From NCBI RefSeq assembly GCF_000143415.4, contig NW_003314354.1:677857-741856 (forward strand): a stretch of DNA of 64,000 bases, in the 5' to 3' direction. The notes beneath the pieces were generated by a model, which was not told the origin of the DNA, made no database searches, and was given only the letters and a program-made list of their open reading frames with translations. This stretch comes from Selaginella moellendorffii (lineage: Eukaryota > Plantae > Lycopodiophyta). A program made the position numbers and the translations under genes. Positions 48,915 to 62,410 of the stretch are shown here, piece after piece. Within the stretch, counting starts at the first letter, position 1. Each line of letters begins with the position of its first letter.

Positions 48915-51900
48915 ACTTGGTATCGGAGCTGTTCCTTAGTCCGACTTTTATTGGTGCTCAAGTATATCATCACTGGTGTTGGCAACGGAAGGTCCGAGAA
49001 GTGGGCCTATCCTTGAGGAGTAGCAGGTCGGGAAGATATGGCTCTCCATTACAATTCATGTGTGAACTTGTAGACAAGGTGGTGGATAGAAAAGGGCCAA
49101 TAATGGAACGACTTTGGGATCTTGGGAACAGTATATGGTTTTCCTCAAAGAGTTGAGGATGTGATCCAGATGAGCGTTTGACTTAGCAAACTGGCTAATG
49201 TAGTTGTGGCAAACAACTACAGTTGGGATCACGGGAAAGATAAAGACTCCAAAGCAATAAAGGAGTCACAAGATTTTCCTCATATAGTTGAGGTTGGTGC
49301 TCATGAATGTGAAACCAGAAGTAATGACCGTGGGAGGTCAAATACGGAAGAGGACTCAAGTCCTTGAAAAGGTAGCCAGGGCTACCTCTAATAAATGCTG
49401 GAACAACCCAAGGAGTTGGGGGTGTATTAAGTGGATGAGTTGGTGTTCTCATCACATGGACAAGTAGTCCCAAGGGGCAAAGGTTGCCCCCAGAGAACAA
49501 AATCAAGTGTCGGAGTAACACTTGTGAAAATAGTCCTTTTGAGTAGGACAGGAATGCAAGAAGTGTATTCCAGTGAGCTAGTGCCTCACAAGTAGGACCT
49601 TACGGGTCTGTGGATTAACCAAGTCCAAAACTGCTGATGACTCAAGTAGAGTCAAGGGATGGTCCTAAAAGGACTGATGGAAGCATTTGGACTGAGGTGT
49701 GTTGTACCCCACAAAGGATGGGGGGGAGATCATAGGATCCAAAGATGAGAACAGAGGGTATCTCATCGATGGCAAAATGTGTCATGCTAAAGTTATGGGA
49801 AAGGTGTTCCCAGAAGAAAACAACTTTGACATAAAGTTGTGTGTGACCTCTATGGTGCAGTGCTAACGGATGGTTGGCATGAGAAAGAGCGGTGTTGGTC
49901 TTGGCAAAGACTTAGACACGAAGGGGAAATGTCACAGAGGTAGGCTCGTGGAGCCGATGGTGTGGAAACACCAAATGTGCCAAGGTGTGATACCTTGAGG
50001 CTATGTTGGTGGGTTCATGAGAACCCCTTGCCAAAGGAATCCCAATGGAAATGGGAATAGCATAGCCTAAGCTGCAGAGCATGCAGTTGGAGTGTGGTGA
50101 CCCAGATAATGATGGAGGTGTGAAAGCACCAAGCAATGAGTTGTAAGACTTGACAACTATGAAGCAACTAAGCAAGAGGTGCAAAATAACTGGTTAAACG
50201 GGTAGAAGGTAGCTACCCAAGACTTCTTAATAGCATAGGGAAGTTGGATATACCCTTACGGGGGATAAGTTGCTTGTGTTGCGATATAGTAAGTCAATGT
50301 CATAAAAGGAAATACTCATTGTCAAGAAAGCCATCATTGGGACACCCGAACACTCTAGAACACCAGAAGGTGGTGTTTGATGTCGCGAGGGCAATGGATA
50401 AAGCCCAAGGGACAAAGTCCCTAGCGAATGATGGATAGAAGGTGCTATCCAAATGTCCAAGGTTGCGGAGACAGGAGAGGACTGTCTACCCGAGTTGGAC
50501 AAAACCAAAAATGGAATTTTGGCAAGGCTAGTGATGGGCATGTAAAGGCCCATAAGCAACAATGTAATCCCAGTGTGTGGGATTATAAGGTGAGCATACC
50601 CGGATTGAGGAACCACTCCCTAGGCTATTGGGTAGGTTCATCCCTAAAAATACTTGCTAAGGCATGATAGAAAGTGCAAAGCTATCCTCCTGGTCTGGAG
50701 GAGAATAACCAAAGGAAACATATGGGGCCAAAAGGCAAGTAGTATTGGGATGGAACTGAACCATAGAAATCGAAGGGCATAACCAAGGTTGGTTATGCCA
50801 GCTGGGAGTGGAGAATCAAGTGGGGGCTCGAGGGTGTTGCCGCTAGCAACCGTGATGCCATGGAGAGTCTAAAATATGGAATTGTCCATGTTAGACTATG
50901 TGGCAATTGGAAAGCTTGCAAAAAGGGAGGCCTTAGCAAGCTAAGGGACAGAGTTCCTTCAAAGTTCCTAAAGACGATTCTAGGTAGCTTAGTACCTAGA
51001 AAGGCCAAGTGTAAATGGTTCATAGAACGCGCGAAATCAGAGTGGCGCAGCAGAAGCGTGGTCTTGAAGCTTGCCATGAGGCAAGGCTATCAAGGTTAGG
51101 GAAGTAGTTCCCGAGTGTTCAAAGAGAGGGCTTTGAACGAAAGTCGATGGTCGGAGGACTTGCCAAGCGAGATTGGCACGTCAGAGGAACAAATACCCTA
51201 GTTGAAGGTGATAACTTCAAAAAGGGTGGGCCATGGGGCCGAGCATGGAGGAGTCCATGCATGATCACAGACATGTCAAGTGAGAGGACTTGGCAGTGTG
51301 GAGGAACTAGGTTCCTAAGCTGTGATCTGTAGCGCACTTTAAAAATAAGTTGGTGCACCGGCGTGGGGAGTCACGCCAGGCATCTTGTGTGATGCCGTCC
51401 GTAGATGCATATACGGAGGTTGGGTTCGAGTCCCGACCCTCTAGTGCTTGGGTTCGAGTCCCAAATCACTAGGGCGTGGTGATGGTTTGGAATATGAGGA
51501 CACTCATATTTCGGTGGTCATGGACTCTCAGTGGGGAGACTGGTTTGGGCACACCGCCAAGCGAGGGATGCCTCGGAGTCGTGATGCACGGTTAGATTGC
51601 TTAGTGTGAAAGCTCGGCATATCTAACTTGAACGCTTTGGTGCGAGTGGCACCAAGGACGTGGTGAGTGAGATGGGGACACCTAATCTCAGTTGCTATGG
51701 ACCCTTGGCCGGAAGGGCTGGCTTGGGCGCACCGCCAAGTGTGGGGGATGCCCCCGGGGTCGTAGTTAACAAATTAAAGGTCTGGAAGACCTAGTACCTA
51801 TTGGCAAACCTGTTAAGGTGCCGAGGTGAGATCACTAGGTGATCTTGTGGCTAAATAAGGACAAGGTCCTTGTTTGGGTTAAGGAATAAGGTTCCTAGTT

Positions 51901-52984
51901 CAAAGTGTTGATTTGAACTATTGATGATGGTGTGGCTTGGTCAAGGTGACCAAGTGGGAAAAGCACCCTAGGGAAATGAGCTATGTCATTGCGATGGCAT
52001 ACTGTGTCCAAGGAAAGTAGTCTCTAAAGAGACCCATGGGAGGGTCACAAAGTTGGGCCGTGGATAGAGCCCACAGCAGAAGATGCTAAAGAGACTTATT
52101 AGGGGTGAACACCCTAGTCTTGGCAAAGCAGAGCCTTTGCTATGGAATCACAAGAATACCTCAAGGAGGGAGGTAGAGATTCGATGTTGCTTGGTGCAAC
52201 AATCAACGGATAGGAGCAAAAGATGAGTGGCCAAGATAGGGCCGTGGAATCCCTTGGAAGGAATTCAAGTGACAAAGTTAGGTGAGGAACACTAATGTGT
52301 TGGACGCTAACAAATTCCGGAAAAGGAAGTGTGTTTCCAAGGATGAATTCCGAATTGCTCTGATTTGGCGAAAGTGGAAGCTCCAAGGGAGGGAGCGGTA
52401 AGGTAGCCAAATGATAGGGCCATGGACAGCCTTAGCACAAAGTATGATAAATGGAACTTAGTGCCCAAGGTGGTACGAAATAGAAGAGAGGATGATGGTG
52501 CCCTCAAGTAATGAGCTTCTTAGGATGGGGAAGTGGAGTTGCACAATCTGTGCAATGCAAGGTGTTGGAGACACCTAGGAAATTGACTTCCAAAAGTCAA
52601 AAGAGTAAAAGTTCCAAGGTGCAAACGTTCAATAGATGGAAATTGAGACTACTCGAGAAGGAGTAGCGGGATTGACTTAGAGAAGGGTCTCTAAGAAGTT
52701 TAGCGAGAACTAAACCAATAAAAGGAGAGAACCACTATATGTGGTTCAATCAGTCTCTAAGTTGAAGAGACTACCCTCCTTAGAGGATATGCAAAAGGCA
52801 TGGTGAGCCTTCAATGTCCAACCATTGACGAATATGGAGAAGGCATGGTGAGCCTTCAATGTCACACCATTGACAAATATTGGCTACGCGCCAAGGATGG
52901 AAATGGTAACACATGCGGGTGTTACTTTATAAAATGGTTCACCGTTCGATGAGGACATCGAACTTCGTCTATGGGTGGTGGAGT
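48915..52984 (+). ncRNA. Internal domain copy 2: candidate highly structured non-coding RNA
   Basis: Near-identical to 42988-47057 with a few SNPs. Confidence 0.6.
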
Positions 52985-53726
52985 TGTGAGACACAAAAAT
53001 CCCTAGGCCCCAAAGTGGAGCCGGAAGGGCGCCACATGGTAGTGGCCAAAGCGAGAGCCAAACGAGCGTAACACGTTTGGACCAAAAGCTCCGACTTGAA
53101 AAGTCAAGAGCGGGAGTGGAACTCCCAACGAAGTGCTCGAGGAACGAGCACGAAGCGAGCAAAAGGCGAGGCTCCAGAAAGGGACCCAAAAGGACCAACA
53201 CATGACACGTGGGAGTGTCCGAGATGGACTCAAGTTGGAGTCCGAAGTGGAGTCCGAGATGGACCCGAGTTGGAGTCCGAAGTGGAGTCCGAGATGGACC
53301 CGAGTTGGAGTCCGAAGTGGAGTCCGAGATGGACCCGAGTTGGAGTCCGAAGTGGAGTCCGAGATGGACCCGAGATGGAGTCCGAGATGGAGTCCGAAGT
53401 GGAGTCCGAGGTGGACCCGAGATGGACCCGAGTTGGAGTCCGAAGTGGAGTCCGAGATGGACCCGAGATGGAGTCCGAGATGGAGTCCGAGATGGAGTCC
53501 GAGGTGGACCCGAGATGGACCCGAAATGGAGTCCGAGATGGAGTCCGAGATGGACCCGAGATGGAGTCCGAGATGGACCCGAGATGGACCCGAGATGGAT
53601 CCCGAGATGGAGTCCGAGATGGAGTCCGAGATGGAGTCCGAGATGGACCCGAGATGGACCCGAGATGGAGTCCGAGATGGAGTCCGAGATGGAGTCCGAG
53701 ATTGAGTCCGAGATGGAGTCCGAAGT

Positions 53727-53761
<35 letters not shown>

Positions 53762-55790
53762 TCGGGACCGAGACCGAGACCGAGGCCGAGGCCGAGACCG
53801 AGGCCGAGCCCGAGTCCAAGTCCGAATCCGAGTCCGAGTCCGAGTCCGAGTCCGAGTCCAAGTCCGAGTCCAAGTCCGGAGCCTGAGAGGGTGAAAGCCC
53901 GAAGCGTTCGTCTCCCAGACCCTGGGGGGTTTGGTGAGCTCCAAAAGTATAGTAGGGGGAGGACTGCAGTGGAGCCAGTTTGGCCAGGAAAGGCCAGTTT
54001 GGCCCAGGAAGGCCGGACCCAGTGTTGGGTGATGAGCTGCCCATTGGGAAGTCCAAGACTAGAGTGAACACAGACCGACAAGTGGGGTAGCTTGGTGAAG
54101 TGTTCAAGAGCCGGCTCTAGTTCCCCCGGGAGATCGACTGGCCGATGCTCCCAGTCCAAGTGTGGGTGGCACTACCTACTTGGACACCTGTCGTGGCTCA
54201 ACGGAACCTCGCTCTAAGCCCATGGCTAGAGCACCTAAAGGCGAAAGGCGAGGAGAGTACCCAGGTGGCTCGCGTAAGGCCACGGTGTTCCGAAATGTTG
54301 TCCCGAAGGCCCAGACTGTGGAAAGGAAGAGGAACAGTCCTCTGGGGTAGTGACCAAGGACACAGTCGTGTGGTGAGGAAGTCCCCGAGGACCGTGGGAC
54401 TTAGTGGTCGGGCCTGTGGGTCTTGATCCAGTGGCAATGTTGGCAAACACGGCCAGGGGCAGAAAGGGACTTAGTGGGAACTGACAGAGGGATATTGGGG
54501 AAGGCTATTCCCCCTGTCGGTGGGCATCCTAAGGATGCTAAGGAGTGGATCTGAGATGACCACTCACGGATGGTTTGCCTAGTCTTGGAGAGCCAAGACG
54601 GTGATGCAAGTGGTATTGGACTACCAGTGTGGCAAAGGTGATTGGGCATGGCCTTAGCGTAACGGGCTGCTATGTCGGTGGTACCTTTGAGTGTCGGTCA
54701 TGGGATCGGACACGTGGAGCACTTGGACCAAGTGCAACTGTTAAGTGGCATGGATGCCATTCTCGGGGCTACCAAGTCCCAAGTCCTGGATTGGACTTAG
54801 GGAGGTTGTGAATGAGACTCCTCCAAGTGGTCAGAGGTGTGGTTAAGTGACTAAAGTAGAATGGAAAATTTAGTCGCTTACAACTTGGTATCGGAGCTGT
54901 TCCTTAGTCCGACTTTTATTGGTGCTCAAGTATATCACCACTGGGCTTGGCAACGGAAGGTCCGAGAAGTGGGCCTATCCTTGAGGAGTAGCAGGTCGGG
55001 AAGATATGGCTCTCCATTACAATTCATGTGTGAACTTGTAGACAAGGTGGTGGATAGAAAAGGGCCAATAATAACCGACTGTCAGTCCCCACTAAGTCCC
55101 TTTCTGCCCCTGGCCGTGTTTGCCAACACTGCCACTGGATCGAGACCCACAGGCCCGACCACTAAGTCCCACAGTCCTCTGGGACTTCCTCACCACCCGA
55201 CTGTGTCCTTGGTCACTACCCCAGAGGACTGCTCCTCTTCCTTTCCACAGTCTGGGCCTTTGGGACAACATTTCGGAACACCGTGGCCTTACGCGAGCCA
55301 CCTGGGTACTCTCCTCGCCTTCTGCCCTTGGGTGCTCTAGCCATGGGCTTAGAGCGGGTTCCGTTGAGCCACACCAGGTATCCAAGTAGGTAGTGCCACC
55401 CACACTTGGACTGGGAGCATCGGCCAGTCGATCTCCCGGGGGAACTAGAGCCGGCTCTTGAACACTTCACCAAGCTACCCCGCTTGTCGGTCCGTGTTCA
55501 CTCTAGTCTTGGACTTCCCAGTGGGCAGCTCATCACCCAACACTAGGTCCGGCCTTCCTGGGCCAAACTGGCCTTTCCTGGCCAAACTGGCTCCACTGCA
55601 GTCCTCCCCCTACTATACTTTTGGAGCTCACCAAACCCCCCAGGGTCTGGGAGACGAACGCTTTGGGCTTTCACCCTCTCAGACTCGAACTCGGACTCGA
55701 ACTCGGACTCGGACTCGGACTCGGACTCGGACTCGGACTCGGACTCAGACTCGGACTCGGCCTTGGCCTCGGTCTCGGTCTCGGTCCCGA

Positions 55791-55835
<45 letters not shown>

Positions 55836-56303
55836 TGGTCTCGGTCCCTCTCGGACTCCATCTCGGACTCGTTCCTTTGAGCCACACCAGGTATCCAAGT
55901 AGGAAGTGCCACCCACACTTGGACTGGGAGCATCGGCCAGTCGATCTCCCGGGGGAACTAGAGCCGGCTCTTGAACACTTCACCAAGCTACCCCGCTTGT
56001 CGGTCCGTGTTCACTCTAGTCTTGGACTTCCCAGTGGGCAGCTCATCACCCAACACTAGGTCCGGCCTTCCTGGGCCAAACTGGCCTTTCCTGGCCAAAC
56101 TGGCTCCACTGCAGTCCTCCCCCTACTATACTTTTGGAGCTCACCAAACCCCCCAGGGTCTGGGAGACGAACGCTTTGGGCTTTCACCCTCTCAGACTCG
56201 AACTCGGACTCGAACTCGGACTCGGACTCGGACTCGGACTCGGACTCGGACTCGGACTCAGACTCGGACTCGGCCTTGGCCTCGGTCTCGGTCTCGGTCC
56301 CGA

Positions 56304-56348
<45 letters not shown>

Positions 56349-56973
56349 TGGTCTCGGTCTCGACTTCGGACTCCATCTCGGGTCCATCTCGGACTCCATC
56401 TCGGACTCCATCTCGGACTCCATCTCGGACTCCATCTCGGACTCCATCTCGGGTCCATCTCGGACTCCATCTCGGACTCCATCTCGGGTCCATCTCGGAC
56501 TCCATCTCGGACTCCATCTCGGGTCCATCTCGGACTCTATCTCGGGTCCATCTCAGACTCCATCTCGGGTCCATCTCGGACTCCATCTCGGACTCCATCT
56601 CGGGTCCATCTCGGGTCCACCTCGGACTCCACTTCGGACTCCAACTCGGGTCCATCTCGGACAGTTCCACGTGTCATGTGTTGGTCCTTTTGGGCCCCTT
56701 TTTGGAGCCTCGCTTTTTGCTCGCTTTGTGCTCATTCCTCGAGCACTTCGTTGGGAGTTCCACTCCCGCTCTTGACTTTTCAAGTCGAAGCTTTTAGTCC
56801 AAACGTGTTACGCTCGTTTGGCTCTAGCTTCGGCCACTACCACGTGGCACCCTTCCGGCTCCACTTTGGGGCCTAGGGATTTTGTGTCTCACAAAGTCCT
56901 ATTTTGGACTTGGGCTTACTAGCCCCAAGAATGGCATCCCCGCCACTCAACCTATGCACTTGGTCCAAGTGCT

Positions 56974-57073
56974 NNNNNNNNNNNNNNNNNNNNNNNNNNN
57001 NNNNNNNNNNNNNNNNNNNNNNNNNNNNNNNNNNNNNNNNNNNNNNNNNNNNNNNNNNNNNNNNNNNNNNNNN
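56974..57073. other. Assembly gap (100 N)
   Basis: Run of N. Confidence 0.99.
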
Positions 57074-57972
57074 CAGCCAGTTACGCTAAGGCCATGTCCA
57101 TTCACCTTGGTCACAACGATGGTTTGACACCACCTGCATCCCAGTCCTGTCACTCAAAGACTGGGCCATCCATCCACAAATGATCATCCCAGATCCACTC
57201 CTTAGCATCCTTAGGATGCCCACAGACATGGGGATTAGCCTTCCCCAATATCTCCGTTCCAGTCCCCACCAAGTCCCTTTTTGTCCTTGGCCGTGCTCGC
57301 CAACACTGCCACTGAATTAAGGCCCACGGGCCCGACCACTAAGTCCCGCTGTCCTCTAGGACTTCCTCCCTATATGACTGTGTCCTTGGTCACCACACCA
57401 GAGGTCTACTCCTCTTCCTTTCCACAGTCTAGGACTTTGGGACGACATTTCGGAACACCGTGGCCCTACGCGGGCCTCGTGGGTACTCTCCCTGCCTTTC
57501 GTCTTTAAGTGCTCTAGCCATGGGCTTAGAGCGAGGTTCCATTGAGCCACACCAGGTATCCAAGTAGGTAGTGCCACCCACACTTGGACTAGGAGCATCG
57601 GCCAGACAATCTCCCGGGGGAACTAGAGCCGGCTTTTGAACACTTCACCAAGCTACCCCGCTTGTCGGTCCGTGTTCACTCTAGTTTTGGACTTCCCAGT
57701 GGTCAACTCATCACCCAACACTGGGTCTGGCCTTCCTGGGCCAAACTGGCCTTTCCTTGCCAAACTGGCTCCACTGCAGTCCTCCCCCTACTATACTTTT
57801 GGAGCTCACCAAACCCCCCAGGGTCTAGGAGACAAAAGCTTTGGGCTTTCACCCTCTCAGGCTCGAACTCGGACTCAGCCTCGGACTCGGACTCGGACTC
57901 GGACTCGGACTCGGATTCGGACTCGGACTCGGACTCGGCCTCGGCCTTGGTCTCGGTCTCGGTCCCGATCTT

Positions 57973-58007
<35 letters not shown>

Positions 58008-60449
58008 TGGTCCCGGTCTCGACTTCGGACTCCATCTCGGGTCCATCTCGAACTCCATCTCGGACTCCATCTCGGGTCCATCTCAGGTCCATCTCGGACT
58101 CCATCTCGGACTCCACCTCGGACTCCATCTGGGGTCCTTCTCAGACTCCATCTCGCACTCCATCTCGGGTCCATCTCGGGTCCCATCTCGGACTCCATCT
58201 CGGACTCCACCTCGGACTCCATCTCGGGTCCTTCTCGGACTCCGTCTCGGTCCATCTCGGACTCCATCTCGGACTTCGTCTCGGTCCACCTCGGACTCCA
58301 TCTCGGACTCCGTCTCGGTCCACCTCGGACTCCATCTCGAACACTTCCACGTGTCATGTGTTGGTCCTTTTGCGTCCCTTTTTGGAGCCTCGCTTATTGC
58401 TCGCTTCATGCTCGTTCCTTGAGCACTCCGTTGGGATATCCACTCCCGCTCTCAACCTCTCAAGTCGGAGCCTTTTAGCCCAAACGTGTTATGCTCGTTT
58501 GGCTTTTGCTTCGGCCACTACCATGTGGCACCCTTTCGGCTCCACTTTGGGGCTTAGGGATTTGTGTCTCATAGGCTTCTGCAATCACTAAAGAGATCTA
58601 CTTATGATTCCTAGTGCTAGGAATATTTGGAATTCATAAGTGATTTTCTCTTGGCTATTTTTCAAGCCAAAAAGTGACGATTTATCCCACTGTGATCGCC
58701 AAAAGTGAGTAAGGCTTTTTCTGCCTATACTCACGTTCTTACCCTTGCCTGCAAAGTAGTGACAAACAAATAAAGACAAAAACATAGAGAAAAAGAATGA
58801 GAAAAAAATAAAAAAGAACTTAGCCTCAAACCCTAAAGGCGTGAGTAAAGATAAACATATGTCACTGTCTCAACTTTACTTTGTATAAATGGTTATAGAC
58901 GAGAGAAAAGATGGTTAATTTAATGTAAATGCATATAATAGTGAATAGGGGTTGTTTTTTAGCACATCTAAATGCTACTTATATACTATATGGTTTTATA
59001 ATTATTCCTAACTACTTCACACTTGTTTATACGAACATTGCCTACGTTAGGTTTTTCTTCTTTGGATGCCTAAGCTTAGGCATAACTCCATTTCACCTAA
59101 CCTTCCTTCTTTTGCTTTGCTTAGTAAAATATACAAGATAAAACATTTACCTCTTCATCACCTAAACACAAGATAAAGCAAAACTTCTATCAAATATTTT
59201 TCTTTAGTTGTATATTTATAAAGTAGCTTGTGTTTCTTATTTACCTCTCTTCTTGTGTACTAAACGGTTATTGTTCTTATATCATAGATAAACAAATTTC
59301 AAGGTCAATAATACTTTGTAGTGACAAATCATGAAATACTTTTTACTCCTGGTTTAATCATGGTTTCAGTAAAACTGATAGTTGTAACACTATAATACAA
59401 TATAATACTATACTTAAAAAGTTTATTAATTAAGTTTATAAGCTAGTTAAGTGTATTTATGCTACATAGTGTTTTCTCACTACCTTGATTATAGTAAACC
59501 AGGATTTTGGTTAGTGAAAGATAATAAATACTTGATAGACAATACTTGAAGTTTCTTAATAGTTTCCAAATAGAGCACAACTACATGTCACATTTATGAG
59601 AATGATACAACTCTATTAGGAAAGATAGAAAAAAATACTTATATTAAATTACTTATAAACTATAATATATTAATACACCTCTAAAACCTTTCTAACCAGA
59701 ACATACTTTACTAATAGATCAATAGCATGTAAGATATTTTATAACTTATGATATATAAGATAATTGTTATAAAAATTAAATGATGAGACACAAAATACTT
59801 GAGAGAGAAAAACTTAGATAAGTGGAAGGAATGTTTAAGATAATAAAAAAACTTGTTTATATGAAGTTTTCAAGAAAAGTGATTTAGGCTAAAAAGTAGT
59901 ATAACAGCTCTAAATTAAATATCTAGACTGGTATAAATTTTAAAACCTTTACCAATATTATAAAAGATTGTCTCTAGCCAAAGGATTTTTAAATCATATT
60001 AAGCTCAATCTAGAAAATTTTAAATTAAAAATAATATTACTATTAATGACTAAACACTACTTGTTATTAAACAATTATCTAAAGGAGAACATGATTAAAA
60101 TACTTAGATTAAAAAAAAGTTTAATATTTTAATTGTGAATTTAGACTAAGCACATTACTATATACACACTAACATTATATATTTTATATAGTAATCTATT
60201 AAATGTATAAATTTACGTTTATTATATATAATAAAACCATAGGGTACAGTTTAAAAAGAATATACATTGCTGCATCAGCTTATCAATTGTGAATAGAGTG
60301 TTATTTATGCATTTATCCTCTCTATTTCTTCATTCTCTTGTATTATAAATTGGATTGTTTAAACTTAGATTATAGAGAATAATTGGAGAGCTCAATAATT
60401 CTCTTTGGCTGAAGTTGCTCTAGATTCTTCTTTAGTGGCTCCTTCATAT

Positions 60450-61950
60450 CTATATTGATAGATCTTTTGGTGGAAGGATCTCCTCAAGATCTTTGCGGAC
60501 CAGTGATTGAATAGAGAGGGGTGCTACTCGGCTGTGATGTGTTACCAGCACCACATTCTGCATAAACCATAGTCTTAACCATTCCAGCTCGTGGCCACTC
60601 TGGTCTCTGGGACAAAGGATCCAGCTCCCAATCTGTGGTGGAGTCCATTCCATCCTCATTTGTGACAACTGCCTAGACTCAACAACGATTGTATTAAAAC
60701 CATGCACGACGTGTCTAACAGCCTCACTCAATTGGATGTACTCATGGAGACCCATTCTGATGAGTGCATCCAACAAGCTAATCCAATCCATTGTGGATGC
60801 AACAGCACAAGGAACTCTTGCTGAATAAAGAGCTGCCAGCCATTCTTGTGGGCCAGCACCTGCAAAACAAGCATGGTGTTCTCATTTTGTTTCATGAGAA
60901 ATTGTGAACCTTGGATAGCTCATCATAGTATATTTCTGATAGCAGATTCATCAATCAGCATATATCATCACCATAGCTGGGAAAACAAAGTTACATTTCA
61001 CTCTAACCTCTTCAGACATTTTTCATTTTACCCACCCTTTCCAGGACATGCTTGGAGCTATTACAAATGATCAATCACCACTTCTCCTTATCCAGATCAT
61101 CGCCAATAATGTTTTTTTTGCAAAAAAGCCATTCTGGTGAAAAGAAAAAATCGATATGAAAAAAGAGACCTTCCTCCAATGATGTCTCACCACCAGAGTT
61201 TCTTTGCAATGGGCTCTTGGAAGTTCCACTACAGCCATGAACAGTGTAGGGGCACAAGTTGACAAGCACTGTCAAGTCAGGAGTGGACTTGTATGCAATC
61301 ATGATGGTAATGCTTGCAAGCTGATGCCAGTCAACACTCATGGCAAGAGCTAAAACAAAAGGGACCTCAGCAGTAGTGATCTCATCCAGGTCGAGAGTGA
61401 TCAGCAGCCTGTTGTTGCAGCCTGAGAATCTTGTGAGCCAGATTGTGCACAAGAACTACCAAGTCAAGGCTTTTATACAGATCTACTCTCAATAAATCAG
61501 TCTTCAGCTGCTCTTCTTCGTATGACAGGTCCTACATGGAACCAATCGGTAAACCAATCAAAGCCGAGTAAGGAAGAAAATTTATGTATCCTACACCTCA
61601 TGAAACTGTCCTCAACAACCTCTTCTACACCAAGTTTTGCATAAAGTGGTGCACTAATGCAAATTCTTGTTGTCTGCAATCGTGTTTCCTCAACCACGGG
61701 TGTTGGTGGAACAGGTGAGTTTTCAATTTTGTAGCACACCTGCATACTACTTGACGAGAATGAGCAGCAAGACCTTGAGCAGCTCATCATCTGAGGAACC
61801 AGAGGAGAGGACTCTGATGCTGGAGCTGGTTGTCATCCTAGATTGGTTCTCCACTTCTCTGGAATTTTTCTGGGCTACGAGAAGAGGTGCCTCCATGGTT
61901 TATAGCTCAGGCATATCGAGTTGCCTCCCATTGATTAATGAGAAGCTCTA
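60450..61950 (-). CDS. Possible spliced gene or pseudogene, unknown function
   Basis: Several collinear minus-strand ORFs of 97-125 aa in a higher-GC island between AT-rich tracts; no domain recognised. Confidence 0.35.
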
Positions 61951-62410
61951 CTACTAACCTCTTCCATAGTTTTTGGTGTGGCTCCTTGAGAATCACTGGA
62001 GGATACTAACCAGAGGATGCAACACCATCTTCTTCTTCTTCTTACTCTTGGCTGGAGGTGCTAAGAAAAGAAGCACTCATAATTCCAGATTTCCCTACCA
62101 ATCCGTGGAAGGCAGCATCAAACATCATTCTGCCAGAAAATATAAATTGAGAAACAAAAAGAAAGAGAGCAAGAATGCAAAGAATTGGGCATCAAAGTCT
62201 AACCTCCAGTGGAAAATATAAATAGACAGCAAGAACAAAATTCCAGGAGAGAGTACATCTACCCAGTGCCTCTCCCGTCACTGAACGCATTCTTTCCAGA
62301 CCTAAAAAGCCACAATTTTATTTTCTCAGACTTTCTCTTAGCATATACTCAGAACAAACATCCCTAACATATGCCATTATTATACTACCTTTTTTATTTA
62401 AATATGAGTA

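Larger units (their letters stand above)
41108..55072 (+). mobile_element. Shared-LTR tandem array of a non-coding LARD-like retroelement (LTR-int-LTR-int-LTR-partial int)
   Basis: LTRs at 41108-42987, 47058-48914 and 52985-54882, each followed by ACT+TGGTATCGGAGC (tRNA-iMet-type PBS); 4070-bp internal domains; no gag/pol motifs. Confidence 0.93.
40895..56893 (-). mobile_element. Second LTR of the same family inserted in the first (pieces 40895-41107 and 55079-56893)
   Basis: TSD AAGTC at 40890-40894 and 56894-56898; TG..CA ends; about 185 bp missing at the inner junction; 513-bp internal duplication. Confidence 0.85.
40806..58573 (-). mobile_element. Oldest solo LTR of the non-coding family (pieces 40806-40894 and 56899-58573), outer shell of the nest
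   Basis: Starts TGTAAGCGAC, ends GTGTCTCATA; flanks GGTTT/GGCTT (1 mismatch); sequence is colinear across the AAGTC duplication; most diverged copy in the nest. Confidence 0.85.
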
